Shown here: positions 9,811 to 19,067 of the stretch, one piece after another | How the letters are laid out: each line of letters opens with the position of its first letter | Numbering within the stretch: the stretch's first letter is position 1 | Source: Candidatus Thorarchaeota archaeon | GTDB lineage: Archaea; Asgardarchaeota; Thorarchaeia; Thorarchaeales; Thorarchaeaceae | Assembly (NCBI GenBank): GCA_048882485.1 | Contig: JBHLRP010000030.1 | Coordinates: forward strand, 1 to 38,584 | Reading direction: 5' to 3' | DNA: 38,584 nt | Made by a program: the position numbers and the translations under genes | Notes under the pieces: generated by a model | Seen by the model: only the letters and a program-made list of their open reading frames with translations | Told to the model about the DNA's origin: nothing | Databases searched by the model: none

Positions 9811-10329
9811 CTACGATCTATCAGAAGGGATAGCGACCTTGTAGCTTCCCTCCGTATGTTCACTTCGTAGCTCCATGATACTAATGCCCACGCCATAGCA
9901 AAAGACGGTTGGTTCTGGATTCATCTTTATGAATAGCGCTTTCTTAAGAAGCTCGGGGTCTACGCCCTGATTCATTCTAAGTATTCTCTTCTGGTTGAAC
10001 GCCCACTGAGCATCTGGTTCATTGAATGGCACCAGCTCCGCCTTCCCCCTGAACATAACATAGCTTGCTGGTGCAAAGCGAATATAGTAGTGAGGAAAGG
10101 TCACGACAAGTGAAACGTTGGGATTCCGTCTGATGTGCCGTACCTTGGCATAACCCTCCATGGTAAGCATGAACAAAGCGAACTTCGACTCTGGCGGCGA
10201 AACACCATATAATATGCCAGTGGAGTGTGGTTTCCCCTTGGCATCGATAGCAGTTAGAACCCCGAAGGTCTTCTTTCTGACCTCCTTTTCAACAAACTCG
10301 AACGTGAATCCCCAATCAGTTATTCTCAT
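9811..10329 (-). CDS. Pyridoxamine 5'-phosphate oxidase-like split-barrel flavin-binding protein
   Basis: GVLTAIDAKGKPH and KVRHIRRNPNVSL motifs; ATGA overlap with the upstream kinase stop. Confidence 0.8.
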   Translation of the reverse strand: MRITDWGFTFEFVEKEVRKKTFGVLTAIDAKGKPHSTGILYGVSPPESKFALFMLTMEGYAKVRHIRRNPNVSLVVTFPHYYIRFAPASYVMFRGKAELVPFNEPDAQWAFNQKRILRMNQGVDPELLKKALFIKMNPEPTVFCYGVGISIMELRSEHTEGSYKVAIPSDRS

Positions 10330-11906
10330 CCACTCCTATTGAGCCTCTTGTACATCTTCGCGTTGTTCTTGTATATGTTGAGAAACTCCTTGAACAACTC
10401 ATCGTAGAGCGCCCGATTGTCAGGATTCGGGGTGAACTCCTTCTCAAACTGAATGAGACTTGGGATTTCGTCAAAAGAGCATAGCCCAAGAGATACAGCT
10501 CCAATGAGCGCAGCGCCCCTTGCATTGGCATAGATTGGGTCCTTCACTTTGCGAATAGTGCGATTGAGAACGTCGGCATAAATCTGACACCAGATGTCAG
10601 ACTGGGCTCCTCCACCAATGATGTTTAGCGGGTCCATCTTCCTCTTGATGAATTTCTCAACCAGTTCCATGAGCCACCTGCTGTTGTATGCAACTCCCTC
10701 AAACACTGCACGAATCATATCCTCCCGCTTTACGGGAAGCGATACATTGTGGAAACCACCCCTTAAGGTATGGTCCTCAATAGGAGTTCGTTCTCCATAA
10801 AGCCAAGGCGTAAAAATCAATTTGTGGCTGCCGGGCGGCACCTGCTCAACGATTGAATCAAACTCTTGGTAGACCTCATATTTGCCATAGCGCTCGGGGT
10901 CGTCAGAGAAGAACATATTGTCCCGGAGAAATGTTAGACATGCTCCAGCTGATTCTTGCTCGTTCGCAACAAAATACCTTCCTGGGATTGCTGAAGGTAT
11001 TGAGGCCATGTTGTGTGACAGGTCTGTTTTCTTGAATGGGACGTGGCAAAGAACCCAGCTACTGGTACCAATATAGATATGCCCCTCATAGTTGCGTACA
11101 GCTCCAGAACCAACAATCGCGGAATGAAGGTCTGCTGAGCCTACCACAACCTTTGTTTCCGGATTCAGGCCAATCTCATCAGCAACATCTTTTCTCACTT
11201 CGCCTAGAATGTCAGTGGAGTATTTCAATGGTGGGAGCTTCTCACGATGAATGCCAAGCTTCTTGATCAACCCATTGTCATAGTTCATATTTGAGATATC
11301 ACGTGTATCAGTGACCCAATGAAGCATAATGGAATCATAGGAGGCAGCAAACTTCCCTGTTAGCTTGAGGTTGAGGTAGTCTTTGCATTCAAGAAAGTTG
11401 AATGTCTGGTCATAGATCTCAGGATGCTCATTCTGGAGCCACAAGATATGGGCGATTGGGTCTTTTCCGCTATTCGTGGGGATTCCTGCAGTCTTTCGAA
11501 GCCAACGTAGGATGTTCAGGAGACCATAGCCTTGAATGTTGATGATACCTCTCAGCTTCTTTGAGATGTACGGTTTTCCTCTAGTGTCCATCCAGATTAT
11601 AGCCTTCCAGAGGTGATTGCCAGCTTCGTCAACAGCCACGGTGCCGGACCATTGGCTTGAGACCGATATCCCTGCAATCTGATCCGCTGGTACATGACCA
11701 CCCTCAACAAGACGCCTAGAACAGTTCTTGAGAGCAGTCCACCATATATCTGGGTCTTGCTCAGCACCACCACCTTCTATTAGCTCAAGTGGGATCTCTT
11801 CAAACTCAAATGCCAAAACCTCTCCGCATGAGTCCGTCAATGCGATCTTCATCGCAGATGTACCATGATCGACTGCAAGGAGGTATTTGCTATCACTAGT
11901 CGCCAT
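10326..11906 (-). CDS. FGGY-family carbohydrate kinase (xylulokinase-like)
   Basis: LAVDHGTSAMK, AEQDP, IIWMDTR, IGTS, PWLYGERTP, RAVFEGVAY, IGGGAQS, W.QIYADV. Confidence 0.92.
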   Translation of the reverse strand: MATSDSKYLLAVDHGTSAMKIALTDSCGEVLAFEFEEIPLELIEGGGAEQDPDIWWTALKNCSRRLVEGGHVPADQIAGISVSSQWSGTVAVDEAGNHLWKAIIWMDTRGKPYISKKLRGIINIQGYGLLNILRWLRKTAGIPTNSGKDPIAHILWLQNEHPEIYDQTFNFLECKDYLNLKLTGKFAASYDSIMLHWVTDTRDISNMNYDNGLIKKLGIHREKLPPLKYSTDILGEVRKDVADEIGLNPETKVVVGSADLHSAIVGSGAVRNYEGHIYIGTSSWVLCHVPFKKTDLSHNMASIPSAIPGRYFVANEQESAGACLTFLRDNMFFSDDPERYGKYEVYQEFDSIVEQVPPGSHKLIFTPWLYGERTPIEDHTLRGGFHNVSLPVKREDMIRAVFEGVAYNSRWLMELVEKFIKRKMDPLNIIGGGAQSDIWCQIYADVLNRTIRKVKDPIYANARGAALIGAVSLGLCSFDEIPSLIQFEKEFTPNPDNRALYDELFKEFLNIYKNNAKMYKRLNRSG

Positions 11907-11957
11907 CCTGAATCCCAGTATGGCTTGTCAAACCTTCATATATGAGATTCGAGAGGA

Positions 11958-13172
11958 CTAAATGTCGATTTTCTCAACCTTCCCTTCATGATTGATCGAC
12001 TCGATTATGAGGGGAGAACCCTTCCCTGTGACTTCCTCCAGACCAAGAACATCCTTCATCATAAGGAGTAGGTCCATTGGGACAACGCAGGCTTCCGGAG
12101 GCAGCACCCCCTTTCCTGTTACTTTGCCCCTTTGCATGAGAATTGCTCCAAGCGCTGCTGGAATGCCAGTTGAGTCGCCCATGGCTCGTCCCACTGATGC
12201 CATTGTGAAATCATATTCATGGGGTTTACCATCAAGTGTTCCACGAACCCTAATCTTCAGAGCGCCTCTCTGTTCTCCAAAGTTTGCTTCCCTAAGAATG
12301 CGTTCCCGTTCTTTGAGAATAAAAGAGATAGCGAAATTGAAGGGGATGACTGGCTGGCCTCTGACATCAATCGGCTCCTCACTGACAATTCCAAGTCGTA
12401 CTATATCTCGAATCAGATTGTAGTACTCAGGCGGGATAACACATCCAAGATTCGTTACTCTGTTGCACTTGATGTACTTAGGCAAGGTAATGGTTTCAGG
12501 ATGAGGATAGCAGTAGCTCCTATATTTCCCAATCAAGGGATAATCAATTTCCTCCTCCAACGCAACACCGCTCTCCTCGAAGTACTTCACAGTGGTGAAT
12601 TTGCCATCTAGATACATTGGGATGTCTGCGAGCATACTGTGAATTCTATGTGCAATAACTGCAGGCCCCTCTCGCACGTCACCCCCGTGCACATGAAGGA
12701 TATCAATTGAGTCCACCTCATCAAGCATTACGTCTGCACAGAATTTCGCAAGGAGATTCGCAATGCCAGGTGAGCCACCCATTCCCGTCAGAGCTATTAT
12801 TCCGGCCTTCTTGGCTGCCTCATCCATCTCCAGCAGGACCTGGGTTGCGTCGAAATCATCACAGACATCAACATAGTTGATACCCTCCTCAATTACAGCC
12901 TTGAGAACTATAGGCCCAAGCTTGTAAAACGGGCCACAAACATTGAGAACGATGTCCGCACTCCTGATTACTTCCTTGATATTATCGGGATTAGTAGCAT
13001 CAACTAGAATAGCTGAGCATCTGTCTTCATCCACCTCTGCAGCGCATGTCTGTGCTCCTTCATAGTCAAGGTCAGCCACTACTATCTCTGAGAAGTCATC
13101 ATACGCGGCTAGTGTCTTCACAGCAATGCTTCCGACAGTTCCGCATCCACCAATTACTACAATGCGAGCCAT
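11958..13172 (-). CDS. Saccharopine dehydrogenase-like NAD(P)-dependent oxidoreductase
   Basis: Rossmann GGCGTVG, NVCGPFY, NYVDVCDD, GMGGSPG, HPE, GVLPPE. Confidence 0.88.
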   Translation of the reverse strand: MARIVVIGGCGTVGSIAVKTLAAYDDFSEIVVADLDYEGAQTCAAEVDEDRCSAILVDATNPDNIKEVIRSADIVLNVCGPFYKLGPIVLKAVIEEGINYVDVCDDFDATQVLLEMDEAAKKAGIIALTGMGGSPGIANLLAKFCADVMLDEVDSIDILHVHGGDVREGPAVIAHRIHSMLADIPMYLDGKFTTVKYFEESGVALEEEIDYPLIGKYRSYCYPHPETITLPKYIKCNRVTNLGCVIPPEYYNLIRDIVRLGIVSEEPIDVRGQPVIPFNFAISFILKERERILREANFGEQRGALKIRVRGTLDGKPHEYDFTMASVGRAMGDSTGIPAALGAILMQRGKVTGKGVLPPEACVVPMDLLLMMKDVLGLEEVTGKGSPLIIESINHEGKVEKIDI

Positions 13173-13337
13173 ACTGCCTTTCGCGTCCTACAGGTATTTA
13201 GGTCTGATGCCTTAATCAATTGAGGAAATGATAGGTTAGGGAGGAGGTTTAGCAAGCGTCATCATCAGAGAACAGGAAACCCCAGACCTGCATATTGGAC
13301 CGCATATGAAAATCATGCCCTCGATTATCATGTACGA

Positions 13338-13883
13338 TCAGCCTAGAAAGCATTCAGGTAGCACTCTCCCTCGAGAGTCAAACTCGACTCCTTCCATTGA
13401 GAGAATCTGTCGTTTCATTTCAAGCCCGCCTTGATATCCGCCTAAGGTCCGGTCAGAACGAATGGCCCGATGACAGGGAACCACGATGGGAAAGGGATTT
13501 CTTGCCAGTGCGCCTCCAACTGCACGTACCGCTCGAGAATTCAAATGATTGGCGATTCGCCCATATGATGAGGTCTTGCCCCGAGGAACTACATGTTCTT
13601 CCTTTAAGACCGATAGCTGAAAGGGCTTACATATTGATGTATCAACAAGACTCAATGGAATAGGAGTTGGGTCCCCTAGAAAGAAGTTCTGAATCCGCTC
13701 TCGAAGCTCTGATACTTCATCACCATCCGATTTCAGTGCCTGAGGAAACAGCACTTTGATGATGCTTTGTGTTTCTCTTTTGCTCCGAGGTAGAAAGAGG
13801 TTTACTGCCTTAGCAGAAGCGCCATTCGTCCTGTATACAATTCCCATGTGCCCGAAGGCGGTTTCAAAGACTGTGTATTCCAA
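13338..13883 (-). CDS. ogt: Methylated-DNA--protein-cysteine methyltransferase
   Basis: SYGRIA, RAVGGALARNPFPIVVPCHR (active-site PCHR), GGYQGG...K...E; TTG start. Confidence 0.93.
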   Translation of the reverse strand: MEYTVFETAFGHMGIVYRTNGASAKAVNLFLPRSKRETQSIIKVLFPQALKSDGDEVSELRERIQNFFLGDPTPIPLSLVDTSICKPFQLSVLKEEHVVPRGKTSSYGRIANHLNSRAVRAVGGALARNPFPIVVPCHRAIRSDRTLGGYQGGLEMKRQILSMEGVEFDSRGRVLPECFLG

Positions 13884-14019
13884 TTAGCTCACCACTAGCT
13901 CAATTAGTTCAGTTTGCGCCGATTTAGATACTAAGCTCTGTCCTGCCGAGCTTAGAAGCTCGACGATATCACAAATCTCAATAGAGAGATGATTGGGCGT
14001 TCAGAACGAGTGATACAGA

Positions 14020-14751
14020 TTGACAGACAAGTCCGCGACTCACGATTTCGCTTGCATGATTTGCGGTGAAACTCTTGTCTACAGCGACAAGGGATCTGAG
14101 CACATCTGTGACTACTGCGGACTTGATTTCATCTCCACAATCAATTGCCCAAAAGGTCACTTCATCTGCGATGAGTGTCACTCAGCAAATGCACTTGAAT
14201 TGTTGCGCAGAATGGCCGAGGGAGAAAAAAGCTCAAACCCACGGAAAATCTTGGAGGAGGCCTTCAATCACTCGTCGTTCACTTTTCATGGACCGGAACA
14301 TCACAGTCTGGTGCCTGCGGCGTTACTCATTGCTATGAAGAATCGTGGAATTGCTCGACCAAATGGAGAGAATGTGACCCTCAAGATGATTCTTGAGGGC
14401 ATAAGAAGAGGCTCAAAGATACCTGGCGGGTTCTGCGGCACGGCAGGGAATTGTGGAGCTTGTGTTGGTGCTGGGATTGCTATTGCCTTGTTCCTGGGTT
14501 CTACTCTGACGAAGGGCCCGGAGCGTCTCTCGGCTCATAGAGCTACAATAGCAGCACTTGAAAGAGTGACTGATGGTCTGATACGCTGCTGCAAGAGATC
14601 TTCATTATATGGAATTGGTGCAGCCATCGAGATACTGAGAAAGAATCATGGAGTGGACTTAGGTCCTGAACCAGAAGTAGGGTCCTGTGAGAACTGGAAG
14701 AGGAATCGAGATTGCGCCAGAGATGCGTGTGTCTTTTTCCCAAAGTTGTGA
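14020..14751 (+). CDS. Cys-rich DUF5714-like protein (N-terminal Zn-binding domain plus C-GCAxxG-C-C-like domain)
   Basis: CMIC, CDYC, CPKGHFICDECH, HGPEHH, GGFCGTAGNCGACVG, RCCKR and C-terminal Cys residues. Confidence 0.75.
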   Translation: MTDKSATHDFACMICGETLVYSDKGSEHICDYCGLDFISTINCPKGHFICDECHSANALELLRRMAEGEKSSNPRKILEEAFNHSSFTFHGPEHHSLVPAALLIAMKNRGIARPNGENVTLKMILEGIRRGSKIPGGFCGTAGNCGACVGAGIAIALFLGSTLTKGPERLSAHRATIAALERVTDGLIRCCKRSSLYGIGAAIEILRKNHGVDLGPEPEVGSCENWKRNRDCARDACVFFPKL

Positions 14752-15483
14752 CTATTCGATTATTAGGCGGTCTCCTATTCTGAGTGAAAGAATGTCTATG
14801 GCTCGACCGTTTTGCGTTGAAATTTCTAGTGTGTCTGAGCTACCTGTAACAACGAAGATTCCGTCCTCAGGTCCTTCCGCATAGGTACGGCAATGAACTG
14901 AATCCAGTTCGCTATCATTCGTCCTAATCTTCACGGGCCCCATGTCTGTTGGAGGAATATTGGTAACAATATTCCCGAATCTGTCTATACGAACTACCTC
15001 TCCCTCTCGGCCCTCTTGATGGAATGAAATCTCAATATCCAATGCAGTCTTGTATGGACCAAGATGTCTTCCAACAACGCGCCTTTCAAGATTGGCTGCA
15101 GTCACAGCGAAAACATCCCTCCCATGAAATGTGTCTGATGCGTCTTCATCGATGCTAAGACTGAATATCTGTCTGATTCCATCTTGCATAATTGCAGGAT
15201 ACATCAACCCATTGTCGGGTCCGATGAACATGTAGTTAGTCGTGTCAACCAAGACAGCATCACGATCTGTGCCTACCCCAGGATCCACAACACAGACGTA
15301 TATTGTATCCCTAGGAAAGTGTTGATAGTTTTGTAGCAAGACCCAAGCTCCTTCTCGAACAGACTGAGTAGATATTGAATGTGTCAGATCCACAATCTGT
15401 GCGCCTGGAGCGATAGACAGTATAACGCCTTTCATAGCTCCAACGTATTCCGACTCGCCAAAGTCAGTCAAGAGCACAATCAT
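14752..15483 (-). CDS. SAM hydroxide adenosyltransferase (DUF62, SAM hydrolase)
   Basis: LLTDFG, VVDPGVGTDR, GPDNG, TFHGRDVF, DRFGNIVTN; the Asp-Arg-His set typical of the hydrolase branch. Confidence 0.92.
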   Translation of the reverse strand: MIVLLTDFGESEYVGAMKGVILSIAPGAQIVDLTHSISTQSVREGAWVLLQNYQHFPRDTIYVCVVDPGVGTDRDAVLVDTTNYMFIGPDNGLMYPAIMQDGIRQIFSLSIDEDASDTFHGRDVFAVTAANLERRVVGRHLGPYKTALDIEISFHQEGREGEVVRIDRFGNIVTNIPPTDMGPVKIRTNDSELDSVHCRTYAEGPEDGIFVVTGSSDTLEISTQNGRAIDILSLRIGDRLIIE

Positions 15484-15570
15484 GATAGTTCACTCATTGT
15501 ACAAGTACAGTGTTTCAACCTTCGGTCACTTCTTTAGTCTTCACGGCCTAATAGAAATTGTTTCCTATCA

Positions 15571-15667
15571 GGGGTGGCCCATTTGGGAAATACCTGGCAT
15601 ATTCTTTCCTCATAGGAGCCAAGTCTAATACTCCTCTCGCCCTCCGCCGACTGAACTGGGCCACCCC
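15571..15667. ncRNA. Candidate structured RNA or long hairpin (97 nt)
   Basis: Perfect 11-bp GC-rich terminal inverted repeat GGGGTGGCCCA/TGGGCCACCCC with further internal stems, in a non-coding divergent intergenic gap. Confidence 0.45.
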
Positions 15668-15716
15668 AAACCAATCACAATCGCATATTTCTTTAGCGCT
15701 CTAGCTCCAACTGGAG

Positions 15717-16325
15717 TTGTTTGTGATGTCGAGGTCGGCTATGTTTCCATTCGTTTACATCTGCATAATTCTCATGATAGTTGAACTGTTGCCAGTCTAT
15801 GCATCACAAAACACAGCTAGTTCCATCTCTGCTGATTTCCAAGATGTGCCAGAAGTGCCGGTCAATGTGACTGATTGGAAACTTCAGGTCACTGAGATAA
15901 ATGGTAGATTGGACTTGATGGTTGATATTCTCTATTCCTACAATTTCACGGACGATGAAAGACTCACTACTGCGGCTTTGTTTCTCTCTCTAGACAATGA
16001 GACCTTCATTCAAGCTCAGAAGCATGATTTCGACCCTGAGCTGATGTCAGCTACGGGAGAAGGGGGATTCTACTTTGCGAACGCTGTTGGCGACCCGCTT
16101 CCCTTTGATGTATATCAGGGAGACATTCTCTATGGTTATGTTGAATTCACAACCACCTTTGAAACCTATGTCTCGCCAAGAGTTGCTCTTGAGATACCCA
16201 TCGATGTTATCCGATCCTTCCTATTCCGAATTCCGCCCATCGTGTTCTACATGGGAGGATTAGCAGCTGGGATACTCCCTTTGGTCATCATAGCCTATTG
16301 TGTGACTAGAAGGAAGAATCGATGA
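15717..16325 (+). CDS. Hypothetical secreted protein with C-terminal membrane anchor
   Basis: N-terminal hydrophobic segment, beta-rich acidic middle, C-terminal TM helix plus RRKNR; exact start uncertain. Confidence 0.65.
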   Translation: MFVMSRSAMFPFVYICIILMIVELLPVYASQNTASSISADFQDVPEVPVNVTDWKLQVTEINGRLDLMVDILYSYNFTDDERLTTAALFLSLDNETFIQAQKHDFDPELMSATGEGGFYFANAVGDPLPFDVYQGDILYGYVEFTTTFETYVSPRVALEIPIDVIRSFLFRIPPIVFYMGGLAAGILPLVIIAYCVTRRKNR

Positions 16326-16332
16326 GGAGGAC

Positions 16333-17463
16333 CTATACTACTTTCACAAGTCGAATCTCGTTATAGTCTGTGATGACGCGAATGTAGCCCCTTAGCATCT
16401 CATCCACTTCACTACTGCCTGTGTCGACCCTCAATGTCCCACCTTCGATGCCATTCAGCTTTGAGGGCGTGGAAATAACCAGAATCCGATCTTTGCCGAC
16501 CCTCTCTATTACCTTTGGACTGATTTGTTGATTCCCCCTACCAAATAGCATTCCTTGATGGCCTATTGGCGAAACAACAATCCACACTTTTTCAAAGTCT
16601 GCTATCATTTCAAGAATGTCGTTTTCATTCACATCATTGCGCATACCATCTCGTGAGTATACATCAACCCCAAGTGTAGTCTTCTTGACTTCCAGCATAT
16701 CCGTGATAGCCCGAACAGTAGTTCCGGGGCCAAGAATATACCAGTAGTCGGGTTCCATCTCGTCTATCACATATCGAGCAATTGCTTCCTGTGCCTCTTG
16801 TTCATTTGTTGTTTCAGGACTTGCCTGTTTCGCTCCCTGAAAGCGAGCAGGCACTGCAGGACCTTTGAGGTATCCATAGAGTTTGATGATGAATCGATCC
16901 TCACGGATGGCATCCTCATCAGCATCCATGATCTCAAACTCTGCAGACGACGTACTTCCCTGAGCGACGAGACGAATCACCTCTGCGGCGTCCCGAGGAT
17001 TGACGACAAAGATGCCGCTATACATCTTCACTCCGGACGGGACTCCAAGCACATGAAGGTCGTCTAGGCTGTGTTCATTGACCGCATCAAGAATATCGCG
17101 TGCAGTTCCATCACCGCCAACAAAAACAAGGAGCCTGACACCCTCAGAGTATAGAGCAGTCACACACTTTCGCGTATCTTCGGGTCCTGTTTCTGAGGCT
17201 ATTGCTGCATCAACTACCTCAAAAGGCAGCCCGCTAGCTCTAGCTACTTGTTCCCCCATCACATCAGGACATGTCACAAGACTGAACTCGACACGTCCAA
17301 CATTTCGCATTTGTGACAGGGCATCTAAGAAATCAGCTGCTCTTCCTGCTGCAACAGGCTCTGCACCCCTCTTGATAGCCTCCTCAACCACACCATCTGT
17401 GCCTTTGAGACCTACGCGTCCACCCATGCCAGCAATTGGATTAATGAGTAGACCGAATTTCAA
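16333..17463 (-). CDS. ATP-NAD kinase family protein (start moved to TTG 17463)
   Basis: INPIAGMGGRVGLKGTDG, GGDGTARD, GVPSGVKMYSG, GPGTT, TLGVD, GRGNQQIS, LRVDTG. Confidence 0.88.
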   Translation of the reverse strand: MKFGLLINPIAGMGGRVGLKGTDGVVEEAIKRGAEPVAAGRAADFLDALSQMRNVGRVEFSLVTCPDVMGEQVARASGLPFEVVDAAIASETGPEDTRKCVTALYSEGVRLLVFVGGDGTARDILDAVNEHSLDDLHVLGVPSGVKMYSGIFVVNPRDAAEVIRLVAQGSTSSAEFEIMDADEDAIREDRFIIKLYGYLKGPAVPARFQGAKQASPETTNEQEAQEAIARYVIDEMEPDYWYILGPGTTVRAITDMLEVKKTTLGVDVYSRDGMRNDVNENDILEMIADFEKVWIVVSPIGHQGMLFGRGNQQISPKVIERVGKDRILVISTPSKLNGIEGGTLRVDTGSSEVDEMLRGYIRVITDYNEIRLVKVV

Positions 17464-17607
17464 AGAACGCTCACATCCACACGAGCCAGTTGTGATACAT
17501 GCTCGCTTTAGGGTTTCTGATTGTGAGGGTATTGACCAAGATTGTCCTTTTCTACACTGCAATGCAATTCTGTGCTATAGTTTAAATGCGCACCTTACCT
17601 AATCCGG

Positions 17608-17703
17608 GGTTGGGAATTCGTGGTGGAAACCTGAAATTGGGGGGAGTCCCTATCATATCAATTGAAGGGATTTCCTCTACTTGTTATTCATGCCTACCCA
17701 ACT
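17608..17703 (+). ncRNA. Candidate structured RNA (about 96 nt)
   Basis: 14 contiguous pairs (17638-17651 with 17666-17679) including 4 G-U, plus outer stem GGTTGGG/CCCAACT; TTTAAA at 17581-17586 about 25 nt upstream. Confidence 0.4.
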
Positions 17704-18283
17704 AGTAGTCCAGAGCATTGACTTGAGCTGCGGACTGCATCCAGAAGGAGACCCTGACAAGGACCTCCTCTAAGAAACGGCGCCGGTTGTCTGGTGTGGC
17801 GTCTTTGGGCCACTTAGTCTTGCGATAGTCGTTGAATTCATTGAAAGTCTTGCCGTATTTTGTTGTGAGGGGCAAAGCTACGCGCTCGTTGCATACAGTA
17901 TTGAGTGAACGTATAAGCGTCCTGAAGTCGAGGTCCATCCGCATTAGCCATTTCATCATTGTCTTGAAGAATGGACGTATATTGATCTCATCCCAAGGAA
18001 GTTCTTTGAGGGCATCACGATCATTTCCATTCACACGTTCAGTGTTGACTTTACAGTCCTTCTTGAAATTGCACCTTGCTCTGGCGTAGATCCTGCGATT
18101 TGAAATCCAGACAACTATCTCATGCTCTCCCTTCTTGATCATGGTCTCCTTATGATCTCCAGCCGGAAAGACAACCTCGAGTGTCTTGTCTTTGAATCGA
18201 GCACCAGTCCTTAGATACAGATTCAGTGCCCATGCGATTGCAGGAATTGTGTTTACTGCGTAGTAATCGTCAGGGTCAGTCAT
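17702..18283 (-). CDS. Hypothetical soluble basic protein (start probably ATG 18283)
   Basis: About 193-aa ORF with globular-looking composition, directly downstream of and co-oriented with the Rab-like gene; no family recognised. Confidence 0.7.
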   Translation of the reverse strand: MTDPDDYYAVNTIPAIAWALNLYLRTGARFKDKTLEVVFPAGDHKETMIKKGEHEIVVWISNRRIYARARCNFKKDCKVNTERVNGNDRDALKELPWDEINIRPFFKTMMKWLMRMDLDFRTLIRSLNTVCNERVALPLTTKYGKTFNEFNDYRKTKWPKDATPDNRRRFLEEVLVRVSFWMQSAAQVNALDY

Positions 18284-18356
18284 TTTGCTGAGCTTGAGGG
18301 TTGTATCCATCCTGATATGGATTAGGATTTGCACAGATTTGGCTGAAAATGAGTTT

Positions 18357-18905
18357 CTAGCGGTTTACATTTTGACGCATTCTGACAAGAACAGTGCCCA
18401 GCTCTTCAAAGATGTCAACGACTCCCTCGCCAGTCTTGGCAGAGCTCTCCACATAGGGCATGCCATGAGCATCAGCAAATTCCCTGCCCTCCGAGGGCTC
18501 TATAACTCTATCTGGCAGGTCCGTCTTATTGGCCACAAGCACTAATGGAATCTCCTTCTGGATTGCCTTATGGAGCTCATCTAACCACTCTTGCAGCAAC
18601 ATGAAGGTTCGGCGTCTAGAAACATCGTAAACAAGAAGCCCTCCGTTCGAGCCACGATAGTACATCGGCCGCAGTATCTGAAATCTAGACTGGCCCGCGA
18701 CGTCCCAAATTTGCAACTTCACAACTTGATTCTCGCCATCTGGAGCGACTATGTCTATGTTCTTGACAGCGAACTGAGATCCAATCGTCGTCTTGTAGTC
18801 GGTCCTGAAGAAGCCGTGTGAGAAGCGTGTGACGATGGCGGTCTTTCCGACGGCGCCTTCACCAAGGACTACAACCTTGAAAAGGTAGTCGTATGAGCTG
18901 CTCAC
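18357..18905 (-). CDS. Rab-like small GTPase (start probably GTG 18905)
   Basis: G1 GEGAVGKT, G2 YKTTIG, G3 WDVAGQ, G4 NKTD, G5 SAK; RabF-like IGSQF, KLQIW, RFQIL, YYRGS, LVYDV; GGAGG SD before GTG. Confidence 0.95.
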   Translation of the reverse strand: MSSSYDYLFKVVVLGEGAVGKTAIVTRFSHGFFRTDYKTTIGSQFAVKNIDIVAPDGENQVVKLQIWDVAGQSRFQILRPMYYRGSNGGLLVYDVSRRRTFMLLQEWLDELHKAIQKEIPLVLVANKTDLPDRVIEPSEGREFADAHGMPYVESSAKTGEGVVDIFEELGTVLVRMRQNVNR

Positions 18906-19067
18906 GATTGAATCCTCCGAAATTGAGAACTGCCTGAACAATTGCTATGGCATGTGGGGACAGTTCTACGAAGCGTTAAGAGTTCTAGGGCACTAATAAG
19001 GTTTCGTTCTACATCGCCTCTGACTATAGTGCTCGTTGATATGTGAGAATGGGCAGCATAAAAGAAC

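Noticed and set aside
14752-15483. Fluorinase/chlorinase
   Set aside because: TFHGRD with His plus the Asp/Arg pair indicates the DUF62 hydrolase branch.
15571-15673. tRNA (including tRNA-Sec), suggested by the GGGGTGG/CCACCCC-A acceptor-like stem
   Set aside because: No GTTCRA T-loop, D-arm or anticodon arm at the right spacing on either strand.
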